A DNA stretch of 64,000 bases from Octopus sinensis (lineage: Eukaryota), in the NCBI RefSeq assembly GCF_006345805.1, contig NC_043005.1, positions 33,480,001-33,544,000 on the forward strand, given 5' to 3'. A program made the translations under genes and the position numbers. The notes below the pieces were generated by a model that ran no database searches, was not told the origin of the DNA, and was given only the letters and a program-made list of their open reading frames with translations. This document shows positions 1 through 13,768 of the stretch, piece after piece. Every line of letters begins with the position of its first letter. The stretch's first letter is position 1.

Positions 1-450
1 TTCAATTGCATAAAGAATGGGAAGATATATAGCTTGCGCTTTTCTCCTTTTCTCGAGGGCATATTTAAACAAAAACTTCACCACTCCTTCACTATTATTT
101 TGTTATAATTCTTCTAACATTTTATCATTAGTATCAGTTGTTTAAATTTTAACAATGTCACAAAGCCTATTATATACTTGTAAATGTGAAATCTTGTGAT
201 ATCTTTAGTCTTGTTGGTTGCATGATAGCTTTCTTGTTTTTTTTTTTTCTGTAGTTTCAGCTCAGAGCTGCAGCCGTGTTGATGCACTGCATGATAGTTG
301 GGGAAAAAATATATATCTTTCTTCTCTTACTGCTTTCTTTTTCTTTTCATCTTTTTTTTTATTTTTTACACAGAACAAACAATTTAAGAAATAAGCCAAT
401 AATTTTAGCTTCTTTGGGGTTAAACTGCAATATCTATCTATCTATATGTA

Positions 451-481
<31 letters not shown>

Positions 482-734
482 CTGTATCTATGTGTTAATG
501 GAAAATTTTGTCATGGAAGGTAAGGGAGGGAACTCCAAACTTTAAATTGATTCAAAATTAGATGGTGACATGCAGTTGCAAGTAAGCTTTGTACTGGTAA
601 ATATGGTGATAACAGTTTCAGCCTGAGACCTAAACAAAATCTAACATGTACTTACAAGATCTTAAAACAATTGACATGATATAGTTTTTATGTAAAACTA
701 ATTCAGACAATGTAAAGTAATGACTTAAGAAATT

Positions 735-939
735 GAGTTCATTACAAACCTGCCTGAGACCATACCCTGGTCCTAAGATATAAATTCCATGATTTTAAAC
801 AAACTAAATGAAAACATCAATCAAAATTTCATGTTAATTTACATTTCAAATACTAGCCAAATAATGACAAAAAAGTTATTTTACTAAATTCTTTATTATT
901 TTCGAAATTAAATGACAGTATTTCAGCAGAAAGGGTTAA
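735..939 (+). mobile_element. Short non-autonomous DNA element (piggyBac-like MITE), degraded left end
   Basis: Ends in AAAGGGTTAA (GGG terminus plus TTAA). A related copy lies in reverse at ~56440-56638 (aaatttcatgttaat / ataacatgaaattt core). Confidence 0.4.
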
Positions 940-3239
940 GCATGTCGGCTATCTGGCATAACTGTATATTCTTCATGCAGAGGGCAACCCTGGAAAAATT
1001 TTCCAGCGCTACAATTGCAGTTATGTATGTGAATTATTATCAGGTAAATAAATAGCTGAAGGCATTCCTAAGATTCAGTCTTTGGCGACGTAACTACAAC
1101 AATATCGGTACTTCTACGAAAATTCTCATTCTTACAAGGACACAGATTTAAAAAAAGTTGTACTGCAACTTTCTGAGAGTATATGTATGTGCGTATATCA
1201 CACATAGATACACAAACATTTGAATTAACAAAGAAGCCTATACGCGATAGTTTGATCTGCTAGAAATAACAGCTAAGTCAACCCAACCGGACGATTCTTC
1301 TTCATTATTATGGTTGTAAACCAAAGCTAAATAAATACAATTTTAAAAAAATAATAAAACACAGAAACCAGAAAAACGGAATAGAATGATGAACGTGATT
1401 AAATTTTCTGAAGAAATATACCAATATGTCACATATGCAGAATTAAATCGTATGTCTTTTTAACTGTATAAAATAGGTACAGAAATTAAACAAAATAAAT
1501 ATATTTCAACTTTCTTTAATACTAGTCCCTCCTCCACAGATCGTTCTTGTATAGGCGGAGGAAGGGACAAAACATTTTGCCCGGAACTCTCAACAACAGC
1601 ACCTAAAGTATTGCAATTATACAGAAACTTTTTAGTCTTGTCATTTCCCGAAGTTCCGTTTTCTATATTTAGTTTCCCTGAGTTCCGTCTAATTTAGTTT
1701 GGCAATGAAATTAGATCCTGGTGACACTATTCCACAGTTTCACCACATTATTTCAATAAATAATCTAATTCCATTTTTCTGAGAAATGTTTACTGTCTTT
1801 TTTTGTACTAATTTTTTTTTAAAAAACAGGAGGGGTGTAGACATTCTAGGAATTTTTTCCGGACATGTAGAATCTCATTCTGTAGGCGTTTTGTTAAGGC
1901 AATGGGAGCATCAACTGACGGGCATTTGGCTGCTATTACTAGCAAATCCAGCGACATGGACGCTCAAGTCAGCCCTGAACGAGCAGATTTTATAATGAAA
2001 GCAGTCCAGCCGCGAGAATCCTTTTCCTAAGTGCAGGAACCCAGGACCCCACTAACCAACGTATCCTCCTGTGGGAATGTGTCTTCAGAGATTTGGCTTC
2101 TATTTCTAGTATAACAAACGACCACGTACATGTTGCCTTATTGGCACATTTGAGGCTCCTGAGGCTTTGTTGGTCAATAGATCCTCATCTTGGCTGTTAT
2201 TTCTAACATGTGAATAGCCTGCTTGAATGCCTGAGGGTTTGTTTTTTTTTCTTGTTGAAAAATTTGAAATTTTACAAATTTTTTTCAGAATCGTAATCTT
2301 CGTATTTTTCTACGTATTTCGCAAAAAATAAATAAATAAATAAATAACCCGGAAAAAAATGAAAAGTGAAGGGGGTGGTTGTGGGAATTGAAGTTTTGAA
2401 AATGCGATTTTTGAATTTTTTTTTTTTTTTAAGAATCGGATCCTCCATAACTAAAAACGTGAGATTCCGTAAAAAAAAAAACAATATATATATATATACA
2501 TATCCATTTTACCCGAAGTTATGACGGAAAAATCGGATCTTGTGAATTTTCCGAAAGTCCCCTCCCCGCCCCGGGTTATAAGTGCGCATTTTTTTCGTAT
2601 TCGTTTTCCACACACTTGTTAACACCCCCACCCCCAGGCTGGTCATTTTTTTCTTTTTGTTCCCGGGTGAATGTCTTTATATTGACCGCTTTGTTTTAGT
2701 GGGTGGGCACAGAGCGAAAGTTTAAAAAAAGTGAAATTTATGTACACGCATATGTGTGTGTATACGAGATTATATATCAACATGGTCTGTGTGCTCGCTC
2801 GGTGTGCTAGAAATAACAGTGAAACCACGCTATACTGTTTTGTTTTGTTTTTTAACGGATACATTTTAATAATAGAAGTACTAGATTCACTGTTTGTGAT
2901 AGACGGAAATAGATGGGGTGGTCACGACGGGGCTACTAAAATAATGATGGTTAGAGATAGAGATAAGAAAAAGTCCTTGCTGAAATAAAGTAAAGATAGA
3001 AGAGAAAGACAGTTTGCAGGAGCGAAGGGAAGGAGATCAACAAGTATAAGAGACTATAAGTATGAGATATATGAATTATGTGTAGCTATGTGCGAGTGCG
3101 CGGACAAATGTACTTAAAGTTTTTCATGTTGTGGCATATGTGAAGAAGGGATGAATTAAATGAGAGAGAGAGGGGGAGTGAGAGAGAGAGAGGGAGTGAG
3201 AGAGAGAGAGAGGGAGAGACATGGGAGTTGCTGGTTATT

Positions 3240-3433
3240 AGTTTCAGTTTCACTAAAACAACCAGTCAGCCAGAAAAGCAGGCAGACGGTAGACAGGGGA
3301 AATAAGAGAAGTGAAAGCGAAACACAACAGGACAACTGACAAAAAGAGACAAAATTTAGTTTTATAAAGTGGTAGGACTGGTACGAGCAATAAACATTCC
3401 AGAGAGACGACGTTGATATATAGGAGGGTGAGT
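3240..3433 (+). promoter_or_regulatory. Candidate regulatory element or non-coding first exon: (GA)n tract, two IRF/ISRE-like motifs, Inr-like TCAGTT, 5' splice donor
   Basis: AGTTTCAGTTTCACT at 3240-3254, AAGTGAAAGCGAAAC at 3309-3323, AGG|GTGAGT donor at 3427/3428, (GA)n at ~3160-3220. Confidence 0.3.
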
Positions 3434-5634
3434 GGTGTTGACTTTGTAAAATGAATGTAAATACATTCGTCTGTCTCATTCTCAGCAAACACTACAAGGG
3501 AACTAGTGGCAAACTGGTTGCAGTCGGAGTTGGCAAACAAAACTCTAAATCAAAGTTTATAAAATGTCACAAGTATTGCCGTGAAAACATTCTAACATTT
3601 CGAATATCTGAAACGTTAAGGGTTCGTTTTATTTCCCTAACTGGTACTAAAACAACATCGACACAAACGGAGACCCCCCCAAAACACGATCCCGTTTAAT
3701 AATTTCCTTAGTTACTCTCATCCAACAACACCCACACATCTCAAGGAGAAAATCCCCTACAAATATTCCCAAAGAAACTTTACATTCATTAAAGCATCAC
3801 AAAGACTGGAATTTTTCTTACTTGAGTCCCAAATTAGCTTAGTTCTGGAGATACGACCTACATTCCCATCTGTTGTATCCATCACCAGTAGTCCTCCCTG
3901 TCTCTAACTTCTGGCCTATCATTTATAACAAAATCTCTGGTCTTTTTATACAGCCACAGAATGACCTTTCATCTTTGAAAAACCCCACACACTAAATTAT
4001 ATATTATGCTCTACCCACAGTGACAACTAGGAAATATGTGCTCGCTCCACCTGCTAAAATTACAAACCAAATCTAACGCAGTTAGATGATGTAGTCGTTC
4101 ATACATCTACTATGCCTGAAAATAAGACGAGATAGTCACGGCTGTAACGCCCATGGTTTACCCAAACCCGCCTGATGTCACACAGTTAACACAATGGTCC
4201 AGATTGGGAGGGTTTCTAAAGATTAGAAGCATGCACGGCCTTCACTTTGTCGAACGAGGGAGGAGAAATGGTGGAATAGTTTTAAAAATAACGAAGTCAT
4301 AAGAAACTAGTTTTGGTGGAGAAAAGTTTAAAATGAAGCGTGAGAAGGAAAAGGAGAATAAAACAAAATGGCCAGGAGATAAAAGAATTTTAAAGATAAA
4401 ATCTAATTATAAAGAAACTAGAAAAGTTAGTTTGGGACGGGAGATAAGAGAAAAGAAAAAGAACAAGAGAAAGGATAGAGGGGAAGAGAGGATAAGTAAA
4501 AGAGAAAGTAAAGAGAGGAAAGAGAAAGTACAGAAAAAACGAGTGGGGGGAAAAGGAAAGAGAAAGTAGAGAGAAAGAAAAGTTGTGGAAAAGTTCATGT
4601 GGGGAATGGGAGAAGGACATAAAATAAATAGAAAGTTTTACACAGAAATGCAAATAATTGTATCGGAATTTCAACACAATATTTTCATATAATTTGATAA
4701 AGAAAGTCATTCATTATACGAGAAACATGAGAAAAACCAAATTTATTTGGATATATCATCTCAGGAGAGAAACTAATGGCGTAATGAAAAAATACCCTTC
4801 TTCGTCCGGGTTCATTAATGGAGCTTATTAAAAGAGAAAAATATCCACATACAACTGGTTTTGTCTCTTTATTCGCCAAGGTGGTAGTGGCTTTCATCAC
4901 ATTCCACTTGGGTTAGCAGAGTAGAAGCAAAAAAAGAAAGAGGAAGAATAACAACAAAATAGAAATACTATCGTCCTTACAAGTTCAAAAGTGGGGGAGG
5001 GTATAGAGAAAGAAATATTAACGAGATATGAAACATAAAGAGGAGGATTCATAAATATACAGTGCGAGTGCGTATGTGTATGTAAAAACACACACATTAT
5101 AAGATATAGAGTAAACAGATGAGACGTGGGGGAAGGGAAAGTTGAACAGTTGAAGGTGGCAATATGTGTAACTTGGCCCAAATCTAGTTTTTGTTGCTTG
5201 TTTTTATGTTTCTTTCATTAGAGTAAACAACTCAATGAACAATTTACGTTTTATGACTGACAGGCCACAACACCAACCACACTTATAAATGAAACACACA
5301 CACGTTTGTGTGTGCGTGTAATAGACAGAGGAAACTGGTAGTGATGATCTACGTCAGCAGAATTTTTCAACTTTTCGTGGGGAAAATTTATAAATTTGGA
5401 ATGATTCCCGACGTAGTTTGTTATTTTTTTTTAAAGTTTGTGAAGTTTACTAAATTGATAAAACGAAGCATTTTAATAAGGCTGTGGTGGTGGTGTTAGT
5501 ATTTTTGAGAAAGATCACAACGTGCTAACAGAGAAACTCGGAGTAACTAGAACGACTCAACAACTTCCAGCAAATATTTTATATATATATATATTTATAT
5601 TTATAAATATTTGATATCAGAGAATCCTTTTACC

Positions 5635-5984
5635 TTCTTGTTTCAGTCTTTAGACTACGATCAAGCTGGGTTTAGTCGAAAAAAATCGATCCCAGTACTT
5701 TTTATTTAAGCCAGGAACTTATTTTATCGGACTCGTTTGGTGAAACGTTAAGTTAAAGGGACACAAACAAAATCACCAAGCAGTTATGAGAAACAAGCAC
5801 AAATATTATATAAATATGACGGCTTTCTTTCAGCTTCCGTTCTACCAAACCCATTCACAAGGCTTTAGTTCGGTCGGGGACTATGGTAGAAGACACTTGC
5901 CCAAGGTGCCACGCAATAGGACTGAGCCCGAACCGTGTGATTGAGAAACAAACTTCTTAGCATACAGCTATACCCGAGCCTATA
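5635..5984 (-). mobile_element. Octopus-type tRNA-derived SINE, diverged copy
   Basis: Reverse complement aligns by eye with the SINE at 17480-17853 (agaagacacttgcccaaggtgccacgca; tcacaaggc; tttcagt tail). Confidence 0.8.
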
Positions 5985-8825
5985 GCGACATGTATCTCCA
6001 CTTCAATAACTATGGAGTGAAGGATATTTGAGAAGAATGAGCAAAAAAAATCAACCCTGTGATCTGTGGCAAATTGAAAATTATCGAGTCAAATATGTAT
6101 TGAGGGGGGGGGGGGTTTACAAAAATATATAAACTACAACTTTTGTAGTTTTATAGAGGGAGGGATGTGTTGTGATAGTCATACCGTTCGAAAAGATATA
6201 AACGGTATACTTTAATACGTAAGTCTTATTAAAGGAGGTCGTAAAGCAATTAATTAGATCTACATGTTTATTATCGTCCTGGTAGCTAGCATCAACAGGA
6301 AGAAAAAAGGACAGCAACAGCCAAGGAGGAGAGTAACAAGTGAACTTGTCATTCAGGGCTCCTCGCCTTCTATCATTTTCCCTTTAAAACACGAGCAACA
6401 AGGCGACTTCTTCGTGGTCGCTCGACATGCTAGAAATAGTAGCTAATAGTCTTCAAATCACATTTTACTGCCTTGAATAAGCAAATAACACATCAGATAG
6501 TGAAATCAACATACTCTGAAGATGAGATGGTCATGTATCAAAGGAGGTCTACTCGATCAAGACTGACCTGGGGGCTGAACAACTTTGATGAACGAACATC
6601 GAAAATAACGAACTAAACATTTCAAGGACATTATCATCATCATAACGACCGTAATAAAGACGATCTCTTTAAAAACATTAAAATATTTTCTAAACGCCTT
6701 CGCCTCTCTAAGTAAAAATATTGATCGAAACTAATTGTATCCCTTCCACTAATTAATCAAAATTCTCTTTGAAATATCTGATACACTTTGATAGTTCCAT
6801 TTCCCTCGATGTGATACACTGCCAAACTAATTCACTCCTCAATCGTATGTTTTCCTTCGCAGTCCCATGCCTCATGTGACACTGTTTCATACATCTGAAT
6901 GTAATTTTAAAATATTTTTTCACCTTTAATTTCAACTTTTCTCCCTGCACCCGTAACCTTTCTCATGAAAGTATTTAACTTCGAAGGCCAGCTACTCCAA
7001 TTTTCATTTATTGTTCAGCTGTACAGTCCTACCTAAGATCTTATTCTAAGAACATCAACCTTCTAACACTCGTCTCAAGAAGTTCGATATAATTTTCTAA
7101 AATTTATTACCCTTAAAACAGAACAAATATATTTAATTGCAGGGTGTTTCCTGAATGCGAAAAATTCTTTGACAGAGATCTTACGTAGAACTTCCACAAC
7201 AGGTCAAATAATGAAAACAGGATGGGGAAATAAAAAAAGAAAAAAACTGGTAGGAAATATAGCAGAATAGTTAGTAATAAAAATTTTTTAATATTAGCAC
7301 AAGTCCACAAATTTATGGAAGGACACTGAATAAACCTGAATGTATTAAATATGAATAGAAAAATGTTGTGTTCAACAGCAAATAAGGGAGAGTAATTTCA
7401 CTTTTAGGGAGGGTACTAAAAACGAGAATAATATCCCAAACAATAAAAACTATGTCCATAAGTTTTATTCACTCAAAAACACCTCCATATATATACGACA
7501 TACCAACACAAGTGTGCTCCCCAGCGACTTTGTTTCCTTATACATTATAGAGAAATAGATATTTTCAATGAACTCTACTACAAACAAGTTTCAGATGGTG
7601 TAGATTCCGTTTACATCGGAATTTCTTTTTTTTTTTGAGAATATGCTTTATATATGGGTGGAAAGTGTAGTTTCGGAAAATTCACACGAATTGGATTTGT
7701 TTCCTCATAAATTTCAGAAAAATGGTTATTTTTTTAATGAAATTTTCTACAAATAAATACCTCTCAGTGTGTGTAGATTACCATTATATCGGAATTGAAA
7801 AAAGAAAAGGTAGGCTCGCACACAGAGATACTAACACACATCACATATAATACACAAAATGAAACTTGAAGTTTCTGAGAAAAAAATTGTGATGTGTGTC
7901 AGTATATATATTCGCGTGCTCACCATTTTTCTTTTCACATTAAATTCCCATATCATAGTTTTACACACTTTGAGAACTTCCCTCACAACCTCGGAATAAA
8001 GTTTTTCACAACGAATACAGATATAATTATGAAATTGACAAGGAAACACTCATGTAGGAATGCCATATATATATATATATATATAATATATATATAATAT
8101 AATAATATTAGGGAGTAAATCCAAACTTACAGGGAAAAATTAGATTTAGGATTAAATCTAATTTTACAGTATAAATATATATATTAAATTATCTCTAATT
8201 TAATATATATATATATATAATATATATATTAAATATCTCTAATTTAATATATATATATATATAATATATATATATAAAATTAACCAGAGAGCCATATATA
8301 GTTGTATAGTGTGCCCTAACACCATCTTACCGCTATTCATATTATACAAATATATTGAAACTAAATGTTTGCTTGCAGTTGTTTTACTTTCTGTTTCACC
8401 AACTATTTGCCATACAATCATGGTCGATCACAATGAAGTTGTTAGCTAAACTTTCTGAAGCAAAGATAATGGAGGTGGGGACAAACGTACATTCATTCAC
8501 ACACTAAACACACACACACATATATAATCACAAGCTCTACACACTGTCAACTAGTATATATTATTAATATTCTATCGAAATACTTTTCGTGATTCACATT
8601 AAGAACTTTTTTACATGCCAACTTGCTAGATAACTTTATTTCTTGCAAGACACGTTAAGACTACTTTCACAAAGTGTACAGACACATGAACACACACATA
8701 CCTGTATACACACACACACACCCAAAACTATAGCCTTGTGTCTCCCCAATGTAGTATATTCTCTTCTATAAGGAACGTTTTCGAGGAAGTACATTACAAT
8801 TATGTCGATACATCTCCAAACCTTC

Positions 8826-8874
<49 letters not shown>

Positions 8875-9274
8875 AGAATGTGAGTTTCCTAAAATAAAAG
8901 ATTAAATTATCGAATGCTGAAAAATGTATTGGGAGCAGATATAACTTCCGATTTTCATATGAGTAAACTTATGACATATATTTAAATGTATGTGTGTGTG
9001 CGTGTCTGTGTGCGTGTACCGCTCAGAGGAGATTCGTTTAAATAAATTTCTAGAATACAAATTTTTAACAAACTATATAGGTATTGTATAATACATATAT
9101 GCATATATATATATATATATATATATGTACATATATTTATGAGTATATACATATATATACATACGCATATGTCTATACATATATATCTATATACATACAC
9201 ATGTATATGCATATATATATACATATATATATGTGTGTGTGTGTGTGTGTATGTATATACACACACACATAGAT

Positions 9275-9401
9275 ATACGAGCTTTTTCCAGTTTCTATCT
9301 ACGAAATCCACTCACAAGGCTATACAAGGTACCAAGCAGTGAGACTGAACCCGGAACCATGTGGGTGGTAAGCAAGCTACTTACCACACAGCTACTCCTA
9401 T
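9275..9401 (-). mobile_element. SINE 5' fragment with internal deletion
   Basis: ctgaacccggaaccatgtgg...agctacttaccacacagc is the reverse complement of the SINE head; the segment between tcacaaggc and caaggt is missing relative to the 17480 copy. Confidence 0.8.
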
Positions 9402-9426
9402 GTATGTATGTGTGTGTGTGTGTGTG

Positions 9427-9481
<55 letters not shown>

Positions 9482-9872
9482 ATATATATATATGTAAGTA
9501 TATATATATATTTATGCGTATATATGTAAGTATATACATATATGTGCATATATATACATATATATGTTTATATATACATATATATGCTTATATATACATA
9601 TATATGCTTATATATATACTTATAGAGAGAATTATATGCATATATATGTGCTTATATATACATACATATGCATATATATATGCTTATATATACATACATA
9701 TGCTTATATATATACATACATATGCATATATATGCTTATATATACATACATATGCATATATATGCTTATATATACATACATATGCATATATATATGCTTA
9801 TATATATATACATACATATGCATATATATATGCTTATATGTATATATATATTATGTGTTTGTGTATATATAC

Positions 9873-10035
9873 ATACTGGGTTCAAATTCCGCCAAGGTCG
9901 ACTTTGCCTTTCATCCTTTCGGGGTCGATAAATTAAGTACCAGTTACGCACTGGGGTCGATGTAATCGACTTAATCCGTTTGTCTGTCCTCGTTTGTCCC
10001 CTCTGTGTTTAGCCCCTTGTGGGTAGTAAAGAAAT
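9873..10035 (+). mobile_element. Second SINE family (central motif gcctttcatcctttcggggtcgataaattaagtacc)
   Basis: B-box-like GGTTCAAATTCC followed by the conserved core; related copies at ~45370-45550, ~53330-53530 (-) and ~57580-57770. Confidence 0.75.
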
Positions 10036-10128
10036 ATATATATATATATATATATACATACATATGCATATATATTATATATATATACATACATATGTAT
10101 ATATATATATGTATATATACATACATAC

Positions 10129-10160
<32 letters not shown>

Positions 10161-10331
10161 TTACATACATACATATGTATATATATATATATATAATGTG
10201 TGTGTATATATACATATATATGTATAAATACATATTGTTATATTCGGAATGGTCATATTGCCAGTTTAGCCAATAAAAAATCTTGCACAACAAATATTTA
10301 AATGTATAAATACATATATATATATATATAT

Positions 10332-10362
<31 letters not shown>

Positions 10363-10382
10363 GTATATATATATATATAATG

Positions 10383-10413
<31 letters not shown>

Positions 10414-10427
10414 TGTATATATATATG

Positions 10428-10476
<49 letters not shown>

Positions 10477-10624
10477 TATGTATGTATATATATATTCATA
10501 TATATGTATTTATATGCATATATATTAATATACATATATATTTATATACATATATATTTATATACATACATATGCATAAATGTGCATATATATATGTATA
10601 TATATGCACAACCTTCAAACATTA

Positions 10625-11295
10625 GGTCTCACCAAGGCAATGACTAGTGACGTTTGGAAATATGCTGTGCTTGAGAAGAACCAGCAAGCCAGGTGAGACC
10701 CGTGGCCTATGCCAGTGGTTTAACCAGCCCACTTATGCGCACCTCTCCTTCATTAGACACTGAACTCTGCTTGCGAAGACCTGTTGAGGCAAGTGAAATC
10801 GAAATCAAATTCGATGACAGCACTGCCTGACTGGCATCCGTGCTAGTGGAACGTTAGGAGCACCATCCGAGCGTGATCGTTGCCAAGGCCGCTGACTGGC
10901 TCCCATGTCGGTGGCACATAAAAAGCACCATATGCGCAAGATCGCTACCAGCATCGCCTTACTGGCACTTGTGCTGGTGGCAAGGGCAAAACAACATTCA
11001 AGCGAGGTCGTTGCCAGTGCCACTGGACTGGCTCCTGTGCAGGTGACACGTAAAAACACCATTTGAGCGTGGCCCATGCTAGTACCACCTGACTGGCCCT
11101 CGTGCTGGTGGTACGTAAAAGCACCCACATTACTCTCAACACTCTCGGAGTGGTTGCCGTTAGGAAGGGCATCCAGCTGTACAAACTCTGCCAGATCAGA
11201 TTGGAGCCTGGTGCAGCCATCGGACTCGCCAGTACTCAGTCACGCTGTCTGACCCATGCCGGCATGGCAAGCAGACGTTAAACGGCAATGATGAT
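10625..11295 (+). mobile_element. RTE-tailed non-autonomous retroelement
   Basis: 3' part ggagtggttg.cgttaggaagggcatccagctgta...gacgttaaacg followed by a (GAT)n tail; same family at 40190-40640, 57785-58022 and 59820-60060 (all -). Confidence 0.75.
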
Positions 11296-11334
11296 ATACA
11301 TATATATATATATATATATATACACATAGATATG

Positions 11335-11380
<46 letters not shown>

Positions 11381-11407
11381 CATTTGTGTGTATATATATA
11401 TATATAT

Positions 11408-11622
11408 GGAAAAAAGGTAGAAGATGCTAAAAAAATTTCAGTACCGGTTTCAGTCATTGAGATTTTTTTCAATGGTAAGTATGAAAAACAATTAAATTTT
11501 GTAGAATTTTCATTTAATTTCTACAAAATATAATTGCTTTCAATACTTACACTTGAAAAAGTCTCAATGACCGAAACCGGTACTGAAATGTTTTTTATAA
11601 ACTTATTTTAGCATTTTCTACC
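11408..11622. repeat. Foldback (long inverted repeat) element
   Basis: Left arm aaggtagaagatgcta...tttcagtaccggtttcagtcattgaga...aattttgtagaa pairs with right arm ttctacaaaat...tctcaatgaccgaaaccggtactgaaa...tagcattttctacctt. Confidence 0.85.
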
Positions 11623-11772
11623 TTGACTTTGTTTCCATACATATATATCAACTCATGTGTTTCTTTTCAACCTTCTACATACATATATATATATATATAT
11701 ATATAAATCCTTAAAAATGTTTCAGCCCAAAAGCTGCGGCCATGCTGGGGTATCACCGTTGAATGTGCTACA

Positions 11773-12735
11773 CTAGTATATGAAACCACCTCTGATACGT
11801 GGCACTTGGTCAACAAGGGAGTTGAACGCCGCTGCCTGCATCTGTGTTTCCTGCCGAGAGGTAGGTTCATCTGGAACCCCTGACAAGAGGAGATTCAGTT
11901 TAGTTTTAAAGAAACCCACATCCACACCATGCAGGTCTCTAAGGCATTTAGGAAGGATATTGAAGAGCTGTGGCCTCCTGAAACCCAAGCTGTTGCAGTA
12001 TCTGGTCCTGTATTTTGATGATGTTGAAATCTTTGGCACCATGCAGTGGCGCCCCGTTCTGCTGTTGGGATGACTTTCAATGCCAAAATTCGGAACAAGG
12101 CCCCTCAGGATTTTCCAGATGTATATCTCTGTATATCTCTCTTGCTTCACTCCAGGGAGAAGAGTTTTAATACTTTCAGTATGTTGCATTGAGAAGATCT
12201 TCTTAGTGTAGCTTTGTTGGATTGCTTCAAGTTCTGCTGTTAACCTTCTATTGTGTGGTGACCATAGTTGGGAGCAGTAGTCCAAGCGGCTGAGGACGAA
12301 TAACTTCCAAAGGACCATTAGTGTCTCCTTCTCACTTGTTCTGATTGTTTGGAGGATCCATCAAGCTAGCCGTCTGTATTTAATTACCAAATTGGCAATA
12401 TGCACTTGGAAAGATGTATCATTGCTCATGTCAATGCCCAGGCCATGCACTGATTTTGACTCGGGAATTGCAATTCTTCCCGGGCCAGTGTATCCGGTCT
12501 GCATGTCATTCAGCTTTGTGTGCCGGTAGCACAGGGCTTGAAACTTTCCTGCATTAAACTGCATGTTGTCCTCAGCCCACCTGTATATTATATCCAACTC
12601 CCATTGCAGATGTGCAATATTTCCAGGGTTTTGTATTGTCTGAGAGACTTTTGTGTCATCTGCATAACTAGCAAGGGTGGCCATCTTAGCACCTGAGCGC
12701 AAGTCTGAAAGGGCCACTATGGACAGCTGTGGCCC
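11773..12735 (-). mobile_element. CR1-group LINE, 3' reverse-transcriptase fragment (frameshifted)
   Basis: Translations [31 protein letters not shown] (YADD motif) and LFVLSRLDYCSQLWSP..RERY..IYIWKIL..FNILPKCLR..AAAFNSLVDQV. Confidence 0.9.
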
Positions 12736-13154
12736 CATATATGTATATATATATATACATATATATGCATATATAGAAATATATATATACATATATATGT
12801 ATATATATACACATATGTATATATATACATATATATGTATATATACATATTTATGTATACATACATATATGTATATACATACATATCTATCTATATATAT
12901 ACATATACACATATATATACATAAATATATACATATATATATACACATACATATATATATACATATATACACATATAGATATATATATATACATATAAAC
13001 ATATATATATACACTTATATATATACACAAATATAGACATATATATACACATAGACATATATATACATATATATACACACACACACACATATATACATAC
13101 ATACATACACACACACATATATATACATACACACACATATATATATATATATAC

Positions 13155-13187
<33 letters not shown>

Positions 13188-13233
13188 CATACACACACAT
13201 ATATATATTTATTATATATCTATACATATATTG

Positions 13234-13297
<64 letters not shown>

Positions 13298-13310
13298 CAT
13301 ACACACACAT
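12735..13310. repeat. (TA)n/(CA)n/(CT)n compound microsatellite
   Basis: Directly visible. Confidence 0.95.
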
Positions 13311-13768
13311 TGCATTTTGTTGTGCCTTGGAAGCGCCATTAGACCAGTGATAACACACGCACAGGTTCAATTCCCCTTCTTTATTATTAGTCAATTGGTT
13401 AACTATCGAACGAACTCACTAATCGATTATTTATTTAAACGCGTTGATTAAGCAATCAATCACTTGTTTGTCCGTCAAGGTTCTTTCGTTGCTATTCGCA
13501 ATCTTTTCAGTAGAAGAAAAAGAGAGAAATTAAAGCAGTAAATTCAGATTTGAAATAGGTGGCAGTACGCACTTTCACTATTAAACACTTTAACACTGGC
13601 TGGCCTTTAATGGTCAAAAATAAAACTATAATTATAGAGAAATAGATATTTCAAAACCGTTTTGAAGCGGAAGAAAGGTTTATATTTCAGACAGAGATAT
13701 TACTAAAGTTGTTTTAAGTTAATGAATGTAAATAAAAAAATAAAGTTTGTGGTGATGTTTTGTCTTAC

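Larger units (their letters stand above)
9050..10612. repeat. (TA)n/(CA)n/(CATA)n-derived microsatellite and minisatellite tracts, interrupted by two SINE pieces
   Basis: Directly visible; includes a ~20-bp unit (catatatgcttatatataca) at ~9560-9850. Confidence 0.95.

Noticed and set aside
1884-2027. Exon-like frame RFVKAMGASTDGHLAAITSKSSDMDAQVSPERADFIMKAVQPRESFS*
   Set aside because: Overlaps the short interspersed motif atttggctgctatt.ctagca seen elsewhere (~2090, ~6420 reverse, ~51440), so probably repeat-derived.
4333-4569. Lys/Glu/Arg-rich ORF
   Set aside because: Purine-rich low-complexity tract without splice or homology evidence.
7042-7096. Possible terminal exon in phase with the 13769 donor (E-NYIELLETSVRRLMFLE*)
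   Set aside because: Weak polypyrimidine tract and very short; no independent support.
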